DNA from: a virus
Length of the DNA stretch: 64,000 nucleotides
Direction: 5' to 3' (one strand)
IMG/VR virus record: IMGVR_UViG_3300020159_000429
Coordinates: 1-64,000 of that record
The notes under the pieces are model-generated. The model did not search any database. It saw only the letters and a program-made list of their open reading frames with translations, and had not been told where the DNA came from. Below, piece after piece: positions 15,834 through 26,400 of the stretch (the stretch's first letter is position 1; every line of letters begins with the position of its first letter). The position numbers and the translations under genes were made by a program.

Positions 15834-16840
15834 AGTTCTCTATAAATGTTCAGCAAAAGTTTTTTGTCGTAGGAGTCGCTTTCAATAGCATCAATTTGAT
15901 TCATAACAATCGTATCAACTGATTCAAAGTTGATATCAATGGGCACTGCTGACCCTTCAACTTCTACTTTTTCCGGAATTAACATTAGCTCTCGCAGTTT
16001 ATATTCCGGAATAAATTGTTCTTTGATAAAATTAGCTTCTTCAAATGTAATAGGCAAGTCGATGGTAACTCGGCAGTGCATTTTTTGTCGCAGTAACTCT
16101 TTTGGAGAATCGATGATCTGACTTAGTTTGTAAGTTCTGTAAGTAGGTTGTCCAGGCCATGATTTGTACACTGGAGCAGAACCCCACTCTAGGATCATCA
16201 TGCCTCGATCATCATCACCCGCATCGGCATAGTTGTGTGGAAAAGCATTACCAATATAGGTAATGTTGCGTCCTGTTTGACGTTTGTGGAAGTGGCCACT
16301 AAACACATACTCTTGATTAACAAAGTGTGTACTTTGTAACTGTCCATGATCAGGCATTTGAACCATAGCGTTCATATAAAAGTTAGGCAATTCAAGATGC
16401 CCAAAGATATATCGACTTTTAATTTTAGAAACTTTAGTCCATTCGTCTCCTACAAGCCACGGTAAGATAGTTACATCACCTTCTGTAAGTGGTTCTTTAA
16501 TAGGCACAACATTAGGAAACAATCGCATAAACTCGATGGAGTTAATTTCACGCTTGTCTTTATAAAATAAATCGTGATTGCCTAATATAAAATAGACTTT
16601 TTCAAAACTAGCACTGAGTTTTTCTAAATTACTAACAGTATAGTTCATAGTACTAACATCAGTGGTGCTTCTATTGTGATGCCAGTCGCCTAGAAAGATT
16701 GCTGTTTCACAACCTTCTGCCCGTGCGGTATTACAGAACCAATTTACAAATTCTTCGCAATCTTGATTGTGTGTACGACTACCGCTTTTAAGTCCAAAAT
16801 GTATGTCGGTGAAACAAGCTACTTTTTTAAATAGATTCAT
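15830..16840 (-). CDS. gp47: Recombination nuclease gp47 (SbcD/Mre11-like)
   Basis: Metallophosphoesterase motifs DIHFG, GDWHH, GNHD, GHFH; adjacent to gp46. Confidence 0.95.
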   Translation of the reverse strand: MNLFKKVACFTDIHFGLKSGSRTHNQDCEEFVNWFCNTARAEGCETAIFLGDWHHNRSTTDVSTMNYTVSNLEKLSASFEKVYFILGNHDLFYKDKREINSIEFMRLFPNVVPIKEPLTEGDVTILPWLVGDEWTKVSKIKSRYIFGHLELPNFYMNAMVQMPDHGQLQSTHFVNQEYVFSGHFHKRQTGRNITYIGNAFPHNYADAGDDDRGMMILEWGSAPVYKSWPGQPTYRTYKLSQIIDSPKELLRQKMHCRVTIDLPITFEEANFIKEQFIPEYKLRELMLIPEKVEVEGSAVPIDINFESVDTIVMNQIDAIESDSYDKKLLLNIYREL

Positions 16841-16846
16841 AGATAT

Positions 16847-16875
16847 ATTATACTATAGTTAATGGAATAGATCAA
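16847..16875 (-). promoter_or_regulatory. Sigma70-type promoter for gp47
   Basis: TTGATC (16875-16870), 17-nt spacer, TATAAT (16852-16847); 6 nt before the ATG. Confidence 0.6.
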
Positions 16876-17726
16876 TCCCAATCACCGCCTTCGGTGACCA
16901 CGGGACCAGATACTGCTCCACCCCCACCTCCGCTACCGCTGTTCTGTCTAGTCCAGCTTGGATTCATACCATTCATTTCGAGAATGTCGTCTCGAATGTT
17001 TTGATTGCGTTTTTCAATGTTGATAATTCTAACGAATGAATTAGTGACAGCAGCAGTATAGTAAGCAAAAGGATTATTAGATTTACTCTCATCAAATTGT
17101 AGTCCTATCTGAGTTAGTTGAAGAATGGCCTGACCACGCATTTCGTCATTGTAGGTATATCCACGAACGTTACCACGGGTAGCATATCGTTCACAGAGTT
17201 TGATAAACATACGAGCTAGGTCATTGGTCATTTGACCGTGCTCTTTACAAAACTCCCCAGTTGCTAAATCGCCTTTCCAATGACTTTTGCCCACACATAT
17301 TAAGTTGTCATTGTCGTCAAACTTCCAATGTTGGAAAGGAGGAAAGTTTACTTTCTCATGACTGTCGGCAGTACTCTTAACTGTCTTTTTTCTCCCTGGT
17401 GCTAGTGGAATATGATCAAAGGTCATAATTCGAAATACTAAGCTGTGTTTTGATATTTTTTTATAATCAATTTCTGAATCTTTAGCAGATGCTTTTTTAT
17501 TAGTTCTTTGAGCAATTTCGTGTGCTTTTTTGCTGTCTTTAGTAGCACGAAAGCGTTTGGCTTCTGCGATAGTTCTTATATTAAGTTTGGCAAGATTAGG
17601 CAGAATTAAATCATAATCTTGATATTCAGGTTGCGTATAAGAGCAAAATGTATTTTTACTTCTGTGTATTTCTGCTAGTAAGTCCTTGTTTGTTAAGTAC
17701 TTTACTTTTGGTGGTTGTTGTATCAT
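16872..17726 (-). CDS. gp55: Late-transcription sigma factor gp55
   Basis: YLTNKDLL, YTYNDEM, FDESKSNNPFAYYT, FVRIINIEKR motifs; canonical position upstream of gp47/gp46. Confidence 0.88.
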   Translation of the reverse strand: MIQQPPKVKYLTNKDLLAEIHRSKNTFCSYTQPEYQDYDLILPNLAKLNIRTIAEAKRFRATKDSKKAHEIAQRTNKKASAKDSEIDYKKISKHSLVFRIMTFDHIPLAPGRKKTVKSTADSHEKVNFPPFQHWKFDDNDNLICVGKSHWKGDLATGEFCKEHGQMTNDLARMFIKLCERYATRGNVRGYTYNDEMRGQAILQLTQIGLQFDESKSNNPFAYYTAAVTNSFVRIINIEKRNQNIRDDILEMNGMNPSWTRQNSGSGGGGGAVSGPVVTEGGDWD

Positions 17727-17746
17727 CTAATGAGTCCTCTGTAAAT

Positions 17747-17778
17747 ATAATAATAGCACATTTTTAATCAAATAAATA
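17747..17778 (+). promoter_or_regulatory. Late promoter with extended upstream element
   Basis: ATAATA-N5-ACATTTTTAATCAAATAAATA; near copy at 23447-23478. Confidence 0.65.
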
Positions 17779-17797
17779 GTCTAAAGGATACCAAATT

Positions 17798-18784
17798 ATG
17801 CCATTGCCTCTGAATACAGAAACCACGATAGGCGGAGTTTCCGTTGTAGTTAGATCTACACCGGAGAAAGCCTCCGGAAATAATTCTAGATCGAATGATC
17901 GAGCACCGTCGGGTGCTGACCTAGCAGTGAGTTCTTATAGTGGTCCCAGTGGTAGTAGTAATTTATCCAATAGCCGCAAGGGCAGAAATCTTCCTGACTT
18001 TAGCGGCCTAGACAAAGCTCTAGGAGTACTAGGAGCCGCTATTGCTCTTAGTGATGGCATTAAAGGTTTGTGGAGTGCTGGTCAAAGTATTTTTCAACGA
18101 GCTCCAACATTAACAAACGCTAAAAGTATTCAAGAGAATGCTAGAGCAGCGGCAGCGTCCGCACCGTCTGAACAACTACAGATATCAAAGACCAATAGTA
18201 AGGATTACAGAGTAAAAATTAACACAAACTTTACTGTGTTTGGCACAGATAACTCATACTTTAGCCTTTTACAAAATACCGACGGGGTAGTGTTTCCTTA
18301 CACGCCAACAATTAGTGTAACATACAAAGCAAACTACACAGCATCTGAAGGCATTGTTCACAGTAATTTTCCTTTTCAGTCTTATAAAAACAGTCAAGTA
18401 GAAGATATTACAATACAAGCAGATTTCACAGTACAAAATAACCAAGAGGGTCTATACTGGCTAGCTGTCATGAACTTTTTTAGATCAGCAACAAAAATGT
18501 TTTACGGAGCATCAACTCCGCAGGGCTTTCCACCAGTGGTGTGTTATTTGTCAGGTTACGGAACTATGATATTACCCGAGGTTCCTGTTATTATAAAATC
18601 GTTTCAAACAGATTTTAAAGACAGTGTTCAATACATTGAAGTAACCGCATTGGACGGTAGTACTCAGTTTGTGCCAACAGTAAGTACTGTTACGGTAACA
18701 GTTAGTCCGATGTACAACAGAGAGTTAACTCGCAAATTTGATCTAAACAAATTCGCCAAAGGCGGATTACTAGGATACCTATAA
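17798..18784 (+). CDS. Baseplate tail-tube initiator/cap (gp48/gp54-like)
   Basis: GVVFPYTP, GFPPVVCYLSGYG, VPVIIKSF tube-fold motifs; first gene of the baseplate operon. Confidence 0.65.
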   Translation: MPLPLNTETTIGGVSVVVRSTPEKASGNNSRSNDRAPSGADLAVSSYSGPSGSSNLSNSRKGRNLPDFSGLDKALGVLGAAIALSDGIKGLWSAGQSIFQRAPTLTNAKSIQENARAAAASAPSEQLQISKTNSKDYRVKINTNFTVFGTDNSYFSLLQNTDGVVFPYTPTISVTYKANYTASEGIVHSNFPFQSYKNSQVEDITIQADFTVQNNQEGLYWLAVMNFFRSATKMFYGASTPQGFPPVVCYLSGYGTMILPEVPVIIKSFQTDFKDSVQYIEVTALDGSTQFVPTVSTVTVTVSPMYNRELTRKFDLNKFAKGGLLGYL

Positions 18785-19083
18785 TGGCCACATATCAAAA
18801 TACTTCCCCATGGTATATAACAGAACAAAATTCTTTATATCTAGACATTTTAAAAATACGTCCAGTGCCAGCTGACACTCGTGATACTAATTACATTATA
18901 GAAACCAAATACAAAAATCGTCCAGATTTATTATCGTACGATCTCTACGGCACACCAAAATTATGGTGGGTGTTTGCTCAAAGAAATATGTCAATAATAA
19001 AAGATCCAATATATGATTTTGAACCAGGTGTTGAAATAAAAATTCCTCAACAAAATTTTTTAATATCATATCTAGGAATTTAA
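18784..19083 (+). CDS. LysM-like baseplate wedge protein (gp53-like)
   Basis: RPDLLSYDLYGTPKLWWVF motif. Confidence 0.8.
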   Translation: MATYQNTSPWYITEQNSLYLDILKIRPVPADTRDTNYIIETKYKNRPDLLSYDLYGTPKLWWVFAQRNMSIIKDPIYDFEPGVEIKIPQQNFLISYLGI

Positions 19084-19084
19084 T

Positions 19085-21346
19085 ATGACTGTTTCTATTC
19101 GAGGCCTAGCAAACAAAAACGATCAAGCTGCTATAGACATTAGCAGTGTGCGAGCTGAAAATCAAAAAACTGCGTTTGGCGCCTGCGAAGATAATATTTT
19201 AAAATCTTACTCAAATGTTACCTACAGATGGACCCTAGCACCCCTCACTCCAAAACAAGTAACACAGCTTCAGACAGGCATTGGTATTGGCAGTTTAAAC
19301 CCTGGGCTAGCTAATATTGTAATATGTTCCGGAGGCGGTAGAGATGCTGATCGAGCAGCAACAATTTACGGATCACCAGAATATTTTATTGACAACGTTG
19401 AAATTAATACACTGGCCACTCCAACTAAAGAATCTGGCTTGTCTGGTAATCTTACCATGAACTTTGATGTAATTGAACCGTATAGTCTTGGATTGTTTAT
19501 TCAAAGTTTACAAGCAGCAGCACTTAGATCAACTTACACCAACTATCTAGAGTGTACATGGTTAATGCAGGTTGATTTTTTTGGTGTAGCTGTAAATGGG
19601 GGTCGTGAATACATTCCTGATGCGACCCGACTTTATACACAAAAATTACAACAAATATCTTTTGTTGCCACAGAAGCTGGCAGCAAATATCAAGTTAAAA
19701 CTTTAGATTTTAATCTTGAAGCGTTTAATAATGTCTATGGTACATTTCCAAGTGCTGCTAATTTTCAAGGAAGTAATGTCCAAGAAGCATTATCGAGTCT
19801 TGCTAAAGTATTAAATGATGCTCAGGCGCTGGCTGTAAAACAACAAATCATAACAATAGCAGACGAATATGAGATAGTTGTTAAAGAAGCTAACGGGATT
19901 CCTAGTATGGGCATGTTAGGTGACAGGATGAGAGTCTCAAAGTTTCCAGCAGCAACTTCAAGTGATAAATCATCCGGTTCGGCAAAAGATCCCGCTAAAA
20001 GTGCAGACGGAAGGGGAGCACCCGAATACGTTATTAGAAAGTTCACATATCCGCCGGATGACAAGAGACGCATTGTTGACATGATTAGAGAAGTAATGAT
20101 TTCTTCAGAATTTATTACAACCGCTATTAAACCAGAAAATATTGATCCAGCCGACGGAATGATTAATTGGTATAGAATTAGCGTAGTAACAGAATACAAA
20201 GGTACAAACGCTGCAAAGGCAAATGTACAAACTGACTCTGTTCAAAATAGGCCTGCATATAAATTTACCTTTGTAGTTACTCCTTACAGAGTACATCATG
20301 GTGTGGCAAAAACACCACTGGGTCCAACGCTTGGAATGGGTAATAAAGGACTTAAATCCACAATTAAAAAGCAATACAATTATCTATATACTGGGCTAAA
20401 TGACGATATAATTAAATGGGAGTTAAAGTTTGATAATACATTTTACACCTCAATACCTTTTGCTTCTACAGTTACTGAGAGAGATGTTGCAGGTGTTTTG
20501 GGAGAGCGGGCAGCAAAAGGCTCTGCAGTACCATCTAGCCAAGTCAGCAAATTAATAACCCATGCTGGGCGATTAATGAGAGACAAACCCGGATCGTATG
20601 TAAAACCTATGGGAGGTAGTACTGTTGATTCAGCTGACATTAGAACTGCTAGAGCATTTGAACAAGCAATAATGTTAGGCACAGAAATGATAACGTTGAA
20701 TATGACAATTTTAGGTGATCCCTACTACCTATCGAAATCCGGAGCATTTTTAGAACAGATTGGAGCCACCGCTCCCGGCTCTCAAATTAACAACGATAAA
20801 ACAATGGCATCGGAGTCAGGAGAAGTTAGGATATTTTTAAGATTTAGGACTCCAATTGACGCTCCAACTCCGGGTGGTGCTTTGTTTATTTTTCCTGCGT
20901 CTGGGTATTCTGACAGTCCGTTTGGCGGATTATATAAAGTTAGATCAGTAAAAAGCAAATTCCACGAAGGTGTGTTTACACAGGAATTGGATTTGTTTAG
21001 AGATAGAGGACAACAGCCCGAAGAAATACTTTCTTTGAGATCTGATCCAAGTGCGGTTTTTAATTCGGCCATTGTAGTTGACCCGCGTATTAACGGATAC
21101 AACGGAAACGCTGCCCAAACAACACCACTGGCGGTGGTGTTAACCCCGGATACCGACGGACCTCCTCAACAATCAACATTTGGGCCTAAAGTTGAAATTG
21201 GCCCCGTAAATCCCGCTGCTAATCTAGCACCTGTCGCATTACCAGACTCACCAAATGGGGGAAGTCCTGTTTTCAAAACATTGCCAGATGGAAGTAAAAT
21301 ACGATATACTGATGAACTAAAAAATCAATTAGACAATGCTCAATAA
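19085..21346 (+). CDS. Baseplate hub protein (gp27-like)
   Basis: Lies between gp53-like and gp5-like genes; MTILGDP and GLYKV..V...F..G.FTQEL hub-type motifs. Confidence 0.6.
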   Translation: MTVSIRGLANKNDQAAIDISSVRAENQKTAFGACEDNILKSYSNVTYRWTLAPLTPKQVTQLQTGIGIGSLNPGLANIVICSGGGRDADRAATIYGSPEYFIDNVEINTLATPTKESGLSGNLTMNFDVIEPYSLGLFIQSLQAAALRSTYTNYLECTWLMQVDFFGVAVNGGREYIPDATRLYTQKLQQISFVATEAGSKYQVKTLDFNLEAFNNVYGTFPSAANFQGSNVQEALSSLAKVLNDAQALAVKQQIITIADEYEIVVKEANGIPSMGMLGDRMRVSKFPAATSSDKSSGSAKDPAKSADGRGAPEYVIRKFTYPPDDKRRIVDMIREVMISSEFITTAIKPENIDPADGMINWYRISVVTEYKGTNAAKANVQTDSVQNRPAYKFTFVVTPYRVHHGVAKTPLGPTLGMGNKGLKSTIKKQYNYLYTGLNDDIIKWELKFDNTFYTSIPFASTVTERDVAGVLGERAAKGSAVPSSQVSKLITHAGRLMRDKPGSYVKPMGGSTVDSADIRTARAFEQAIMLGTEMITLNMTILGDPYYLSKSGAFLEQIGATAPGSQINNDKTMASESGEVRIFLRFRTPIDAPTPGGALFIFPASGYSDSPFGGLYKVRSVKSKFHEGVFTQELDLFRDRGQQPEEILSLRSDPSAVFNSAIVVDPRINGYNGNAAQTTPLAVVLTPDTDGPPQQSTFGPKVEIGPVNPAANLAPVALPDSPNGGSPVFKTLPDGSKIRYTDELKNQLDNAQ

Positions 21347-21357
21347 CAAGGATATAA

Positions 21358-22986
21358 ATGTCAACAACGCATAGACAGAGTCAAGAAAAACATCAAGCAG
21401 GATTATCGCTGGGCCCCAGACTGGCCAAAGTTGTAGGACACAACGACGGCAACGATTTTATGGGAGGCCTATTAGTATCGTTGATCACAGCAGACCCTGC
21501 TGCAACTGGTGAAACTTCAAATGTTATTCCTGTAAAATATTGCCCGCCATTCTTTGGAGCCACCGGTGGATTGTACAATGGCCTTAACACGGGCAACGAT
21601 CAAGCCTACAATGACACACAAAAATCATATGGTATGTGTTTTGTGCCACCAGATGTTGGTGTTACTGTATTAGTGATATTTGAACAAGAAACAGGTGAAG
21701 GATTTTGGATTGGGTGTGTACCAGATACCAACATGAATCATATGGTGCCAGCTATCGCAGCATCGGCTGCTACTGACATATCACCAACGCAAAAAAATGA
21801 TTACGGCGATATCCCACTACCTGTAGCAGAATACAATCAAGTATTAGCTGCTAAAAATAAAAAATCATCAAGCCCAGAAGAAATTAAAAAACCAGTCCAC
21901 CCTATAGCAGGTTTCATGTTAGAACAAGGACTGCTGGAAGATGACATCCGTGGAAGAACAACTTCTACAATGCGTAGAAATCAAACCCCGTCAGTATTTG
22001 GGATTCTAACTCCCGGGCCTCTTGATAAACGCCCCGGTGCTAAACGAGCCACCCAAGGAACGTCAAACGATAAAACTGATCCTTTACCAGTAAGTCGCGT
22101 TGGTGGTACCCAGTTAGTAATGGATGACGGTGATGATCGATTTATAAGAAAAACCCCAGCCAGCGAAGGTCCACCAGAATATGCCAACGCACTTAAAAAA
22201 GAAGCAGGCGATGTTCGAATCCCTATTAGTGAATACTTCCGTGTGAGAACACGCACAGGCCACCAGCTACTATTACATAATTCTGAAGATTTAATCTATA
22301 TTGGTAACAGCAGAGGTACTGCTTGGATAGAGTTAAGCAGTGATGGAAAGATAGATATTTTTGCTGCAGACTCTGTAAGTATTCACACCCAAGGTGATTT
22401 TAATTTCCGTGCTGATAGAGATATAAATCTTGAAGCTGGAAGAAACATTAACACAAGAGCGGAAGGTGAATATAGGCAAGATATTGAAAAAGATTTTACA
22501 TCGTATATCAACGGCAAAGTAACAAGCTATGTCGACGGTGATATACAAAATATTTTTAATGGCAATGTTGTAGAAACAATAGCACAGAATTTTGAAATAA
22601 AGGTAGGTGCTGACCACAAAATCAAAGTAGCTGCTAACAGTCATTTAACAGCAGGCGTTAGTGTATTCTCCACAGCAGGAGTTGACAGTCACTTTTTAAG
22701 CGGCAGCAAACATGTAGAATACGCTGAACGTATTGAAATAAAATGTGACCCGGCAACTCCGGCATTGCCACCATCACTAGCAGAAGCAGCAGCTAAACAA
22801 GAACGAATTTCTTTAATTGATATCGATCTTGTTGATGCTTCACAAAAGTATGTTGATACTCGATATCAATCAACCGAAACAATAAAGAGTATTATGAAAA
22901 GGGTTCCTATGCATGAGCCTTGGTATCAGCATGAAAACGTTGATCCTCAAAAATATAAGTTTGACATGACTGATCGAGATGCGTAA
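21358..22986 (+). CDS. Baseplate central spike (gp5/VgrG-like), no lysozyme domain seen
   Basis: OB-fold motif PPDVG..VLV.F..G.GFWIG, RTRTGH, beta-helix repeats. Confidence 0.8.
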   Translation: MSTTHRQSQEKHQAGLSLGPRLAKVVGHNDGNDFMGGLLVSLITADPAATGETSNVIPVKYCPPFFGATGGLYNGLNTGNDQAYNDTQKSYGMCFVPPDVGVTVLVIFEQETGEGFWIGCVPDTNMNHMVPAIAASAATDISPTQKNDYGDIPLPVAEYNQVLAAKNKKSSSPEEIKKPVHPIAGFMLEQGLLEDDIRGRTTSTMRRNQTPSVFGILTPGPLDKRPGAKRATQGTSNDKTDPLPVSRVGGTQLVMDDGDDRFIRKTPASEGPPEYANALKKEAGDVRIPISEYFRVRTRTGHQLLLHNSEDLIYIGNSRGTAWIELSSDGKIDIFAADSVSIHTQGDFNFRADRDINLEAGRNINTRAEGEYRQDIEKDFTSYINGKVTSYVDGDIQNIFNGNVVETIAQNFEIKVGADHKIKVAANSHLTAGVSVFSTAGVDSHFLSGSKHVEYAERIEIKCDPATPALPPSLAEAAAKQERISLIDIDLVDASQKYVDTRYQSTETIKSIMKRVPMHEPWYQHENVDPQKYKFDMTDRDA

Positions 22987-22997
22987 GGAGAATAATA

Positions 22998-23450
22998 ATG
23001 GCCAATAAAATTTATAATGTAACACGGATTGAATCTTCAACAGCGTCTGTTGGCGATAATAGAGTTGATGGGCTGTTTGCCTACAAGGGATTCAACAGCA
23101 GGGTTATTAAACAACGATTTAAGCTCTACGATATTGATTTAATTAAACAAGATTTATTAAATCACTTTAATATTAAAAAAGGCGAAAAATTAGAAAATCC
23201 AGATTTTGGAACTATAATTTGGTCAATGATTTACGAACCAATGGATGATGCTGCTATACGGACAGTGTCAGAAGATGTACAACGAATTGTCAACTCTGAT
23301 CCACGTACAGCAGTTGAAACTCTCAAAGTTGATGCTACTGAACAAGGGCTCAGAATAGAAGTAGGGCTGCGATATGTTGATTTTAATCAAGTAGAAATAA
23401 TGTACTTGAACTTTGATAAATCTAGCGTTCCTAACAGTACTCCTAGATAA
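22998..23450 (+). CDS. gp25: Baseplate wedge/sheath initiator (gp25-like)
   Basis: KGEKLENPDFGT...DPR motif. Confidence 0.88.
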   Translation: MANKIYNVTRIESSTASVGDNRVDGLFAYKGFNSRVIKQRFKLYDIDLIKQDLLNHFNIKKGEKLENPDFGTIIWSMIYEPMDDAAIRTVSEDVQRIVNSDPRTAVETLKVDATEQGLRIEVGLRYVDFNQVEIMYLNFDKSSVPNSTPR

Positions 23451-23478
23451 TATGCGTACATTTTTATTCAAATAAATA
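23447..23478 (+). promoter_or_regulatory. Late promoter with extended upstream element
   Basis: ATAATA-N5-ACATTTTTATTCAAATAAATA upstream of the gp6-like gene. Confidence 0.65.
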
Positions 23479-23495
23479 CTGTACAGGACACGTTA

Positions 23496-26400
23496 ATGAC
23501 AACTACTACTAGACAAAATAATTTAATTCTTGCCGAAGATTGGACAAGAATTTACCAGACCTTTAAAAATGCTGACTTTAAATCCTACGATTTTGAGAAT
23601 CTTCGTAGGGTTATGGTTGCTTACATTAAAGAAAACTATCCCGAAGATTTCAATGATTTTATTGAAAGTTCTGAATTTATTGCGTTAATTGACCTAATAG
23701 CATTCCTTGGTCAAAGCCTAGCATTCCGCATTGATTTAAACAGTCGCGAAAACTTTATTGAACTAGCTGACAGAAAAGAAAGTGTTCTGCGATTAGCTAG
23801 AATGCTGGCCTACAATGCCAAGCGAAATCAATCAGCATCAGGGTTATTAAAGTTTGAAAGCGTAAGCACTACAGAGGATTTGATCGATAGTAACGGTACT
23901 AATCTAGCAAGACAATCAATCGTATGGAACGATCCTTCAAACTCGAATTGGTATGAGCAATTTATACAAGTACTAAACGCCGCCATGATTGAAAACGTTG
24001 AGTTTGGCAAAGACCAAGCTAACAAAACTATAGATGGTATTAGAACTGAACAGTATAGATTAAATTCTTTTTCTACAGCAGTTCCTGTGTTTTCATTTGG
24101 TAAAATTGCTGGTGGAAGAAATACTACATTTGAAATATTAAGCACGGGGATTGGTTCATCAGAATTTATTTTTGAAGAAGCTCCGCTACCGGGTCGTCAG
24201 GTAGGGTTTGTTTACAGACAAGACGGAAAAGGAACTGCGAGTATCAACACTGGTTTCTTTATGATCTTTAAACAAGGATCACTAGAGAGTGCTGAATTTT
24301 CTATAACAGCACCGACACCTAATGAAATAGTGTCAATTGCTACTCAAAATATCAATGATTCAGATGTATGGTTATATTCGTTAGACGCATCGAGGACGTT
24401 GACTAATTATTGGACCCCAGTCGGATCTGTGGTTGGTAACAACATAGTTTACAATAGTTTAAACAGTAATCAACGAAATGTATATTCTATCATAACTCAA
24501 TCTGATGATGCAATTGATCTACAATTTTCAGATGGCGTTTACGGAAATTTACCGCAAGGCGATTTTAGGGTTTATTACCGAGTAAGCAACGGTTTCTCGT
24601 ATGTAATTCCGCCCAACGACATGAAGAACATCTCAGTTAGTATACCTTATATCAATGCTAGGGGTATTCAACACACCCTAACTATTTCGTTAGGACTAGA
24701 ATACACTGTTGAAAACAGTGCTCCGTCGGAGACTATTGATTCTATTAGATCAAAAGCTCCTGCGATATATTACACACAAAATAGAATGATCACCGGAGAG
24801 GATTATAACCTTGCTCCTTTATCATCATCTCAAGAAGTATTAAAAGTCAAAGCTATAAACAGAACCAGTAGTGGTATTAGCAGAAGCTTTGACATTATCG
24901 ATGCTTCTGGAAAATATTCTAAAATTAATGTTTTTGCTGATGACGGCCTTGTCTATAGAAAAGACGAAGAACGAAATTATTCGTTCAAATATTCTAACAA
25001 AAATGTAGTATTAAATTTTATTAGAAATACCATACAGCCAGCATTATCGTCATTTCAAACTTATAATTTTTATCTAACAAATTTTGATAAAATTTTTACA
25101 GCTGACGTCAATGTTAAATGGATTAAATCGACCACCGAAGAAAACGCATCAACCGGTTTCTTTGGTAATGTGTTTGACAGTTTTCCTATTAAAGTAGGCA
25201 CATATACAACAAGTAATCTGCGTTATATTGAAATTGGTGGATTGGTTAAATTTATTCCTCCGAGTGCTAGTCAAGCATTTTATAGAGGCGAATTAGTTAA
25301 CTATGATCCTGCTAACAAAGACCATAAAAAATTCGTATGGACCAAGATAGTAAAATTAGTAGGGGACGGTACTAACGCAGGTAAAGGTAATTTAAATTCC
25401 GGCAAAGGTCCTATTACATTTAGTGAAGTGATTCCAACAGGGTCGTTACCTTCACAAGTTGTATCTAAATTTGCGTCAACTATTCCAACCGATATTGAAA
25501 ATGAAATTTTAAATCTTACTTTTAGTAATGAAACATTTGGCCTACGTTACGATGTATTAGCAGGCGAGTGGACAGTTATTAGTTCAACAAACGTTGATCT
25601 AGAAAACAATTTTAATCTAGGTCAAGCAGGCGATTCGACAAATACCAACGTTGATAGCTCTTGGTTAGTTGCGTTTGTTTACGACGGTGACGAATATAGA
25701 GTACGAGTTCGCGGCACAGAATACATTTTTTCAAGCGTATCTCAAAATAGATTCTATTTTGATCGAGGAGAAAAAGTTTACGACAGTCGTGCTAGAACAT
25801 TAATAAAAGATCAAATAAAAGTGTTAGGTATCAATGAGTCACCGCAGAGTTCCATTGCCACAAATATAGAACTTGCTGACGCAATACTAGCACTAAGGAA
25901 TTCAAATCCGTTGTTTACAGCATCTGATGTTTTAAGTATTGTTGATAGACAACAAACATTAAAAGATAATATTTCTTTTGAAATTGCCGATTCGGTAAGA
26001 TATCAAGACGGGTATAAGAGTGCTGATTCTATCAAACTTTCTTTTTACGACAGTGACGATGACGGAGTCATTGACAATCCAGATTCTTTTGATGAGATAG
26101 TAGGCATCGACCTATTAACAAAATATATTTTCTTCCAACAGGTACAGGATGAAAATGGATTTGATGTGTTTAACTATGTTCCAAATATTAACAATCGTTT
26201 CGTAATCAAAGACAAAGAGATTAATGTTAATGTCAACGAATACGATCACAATCAGTTGATTTATTTTTATGACCAAGGCGAAAATATCATCAAGCGTGTT
26301 GACCTAATTACTAGATCATTTATACTAGAGCCAAGCTACGTTGCTTACATAGGCAGAGATAATTTAAAGTTTCAGTACATTCACAATGCTAGCGAAAGTC

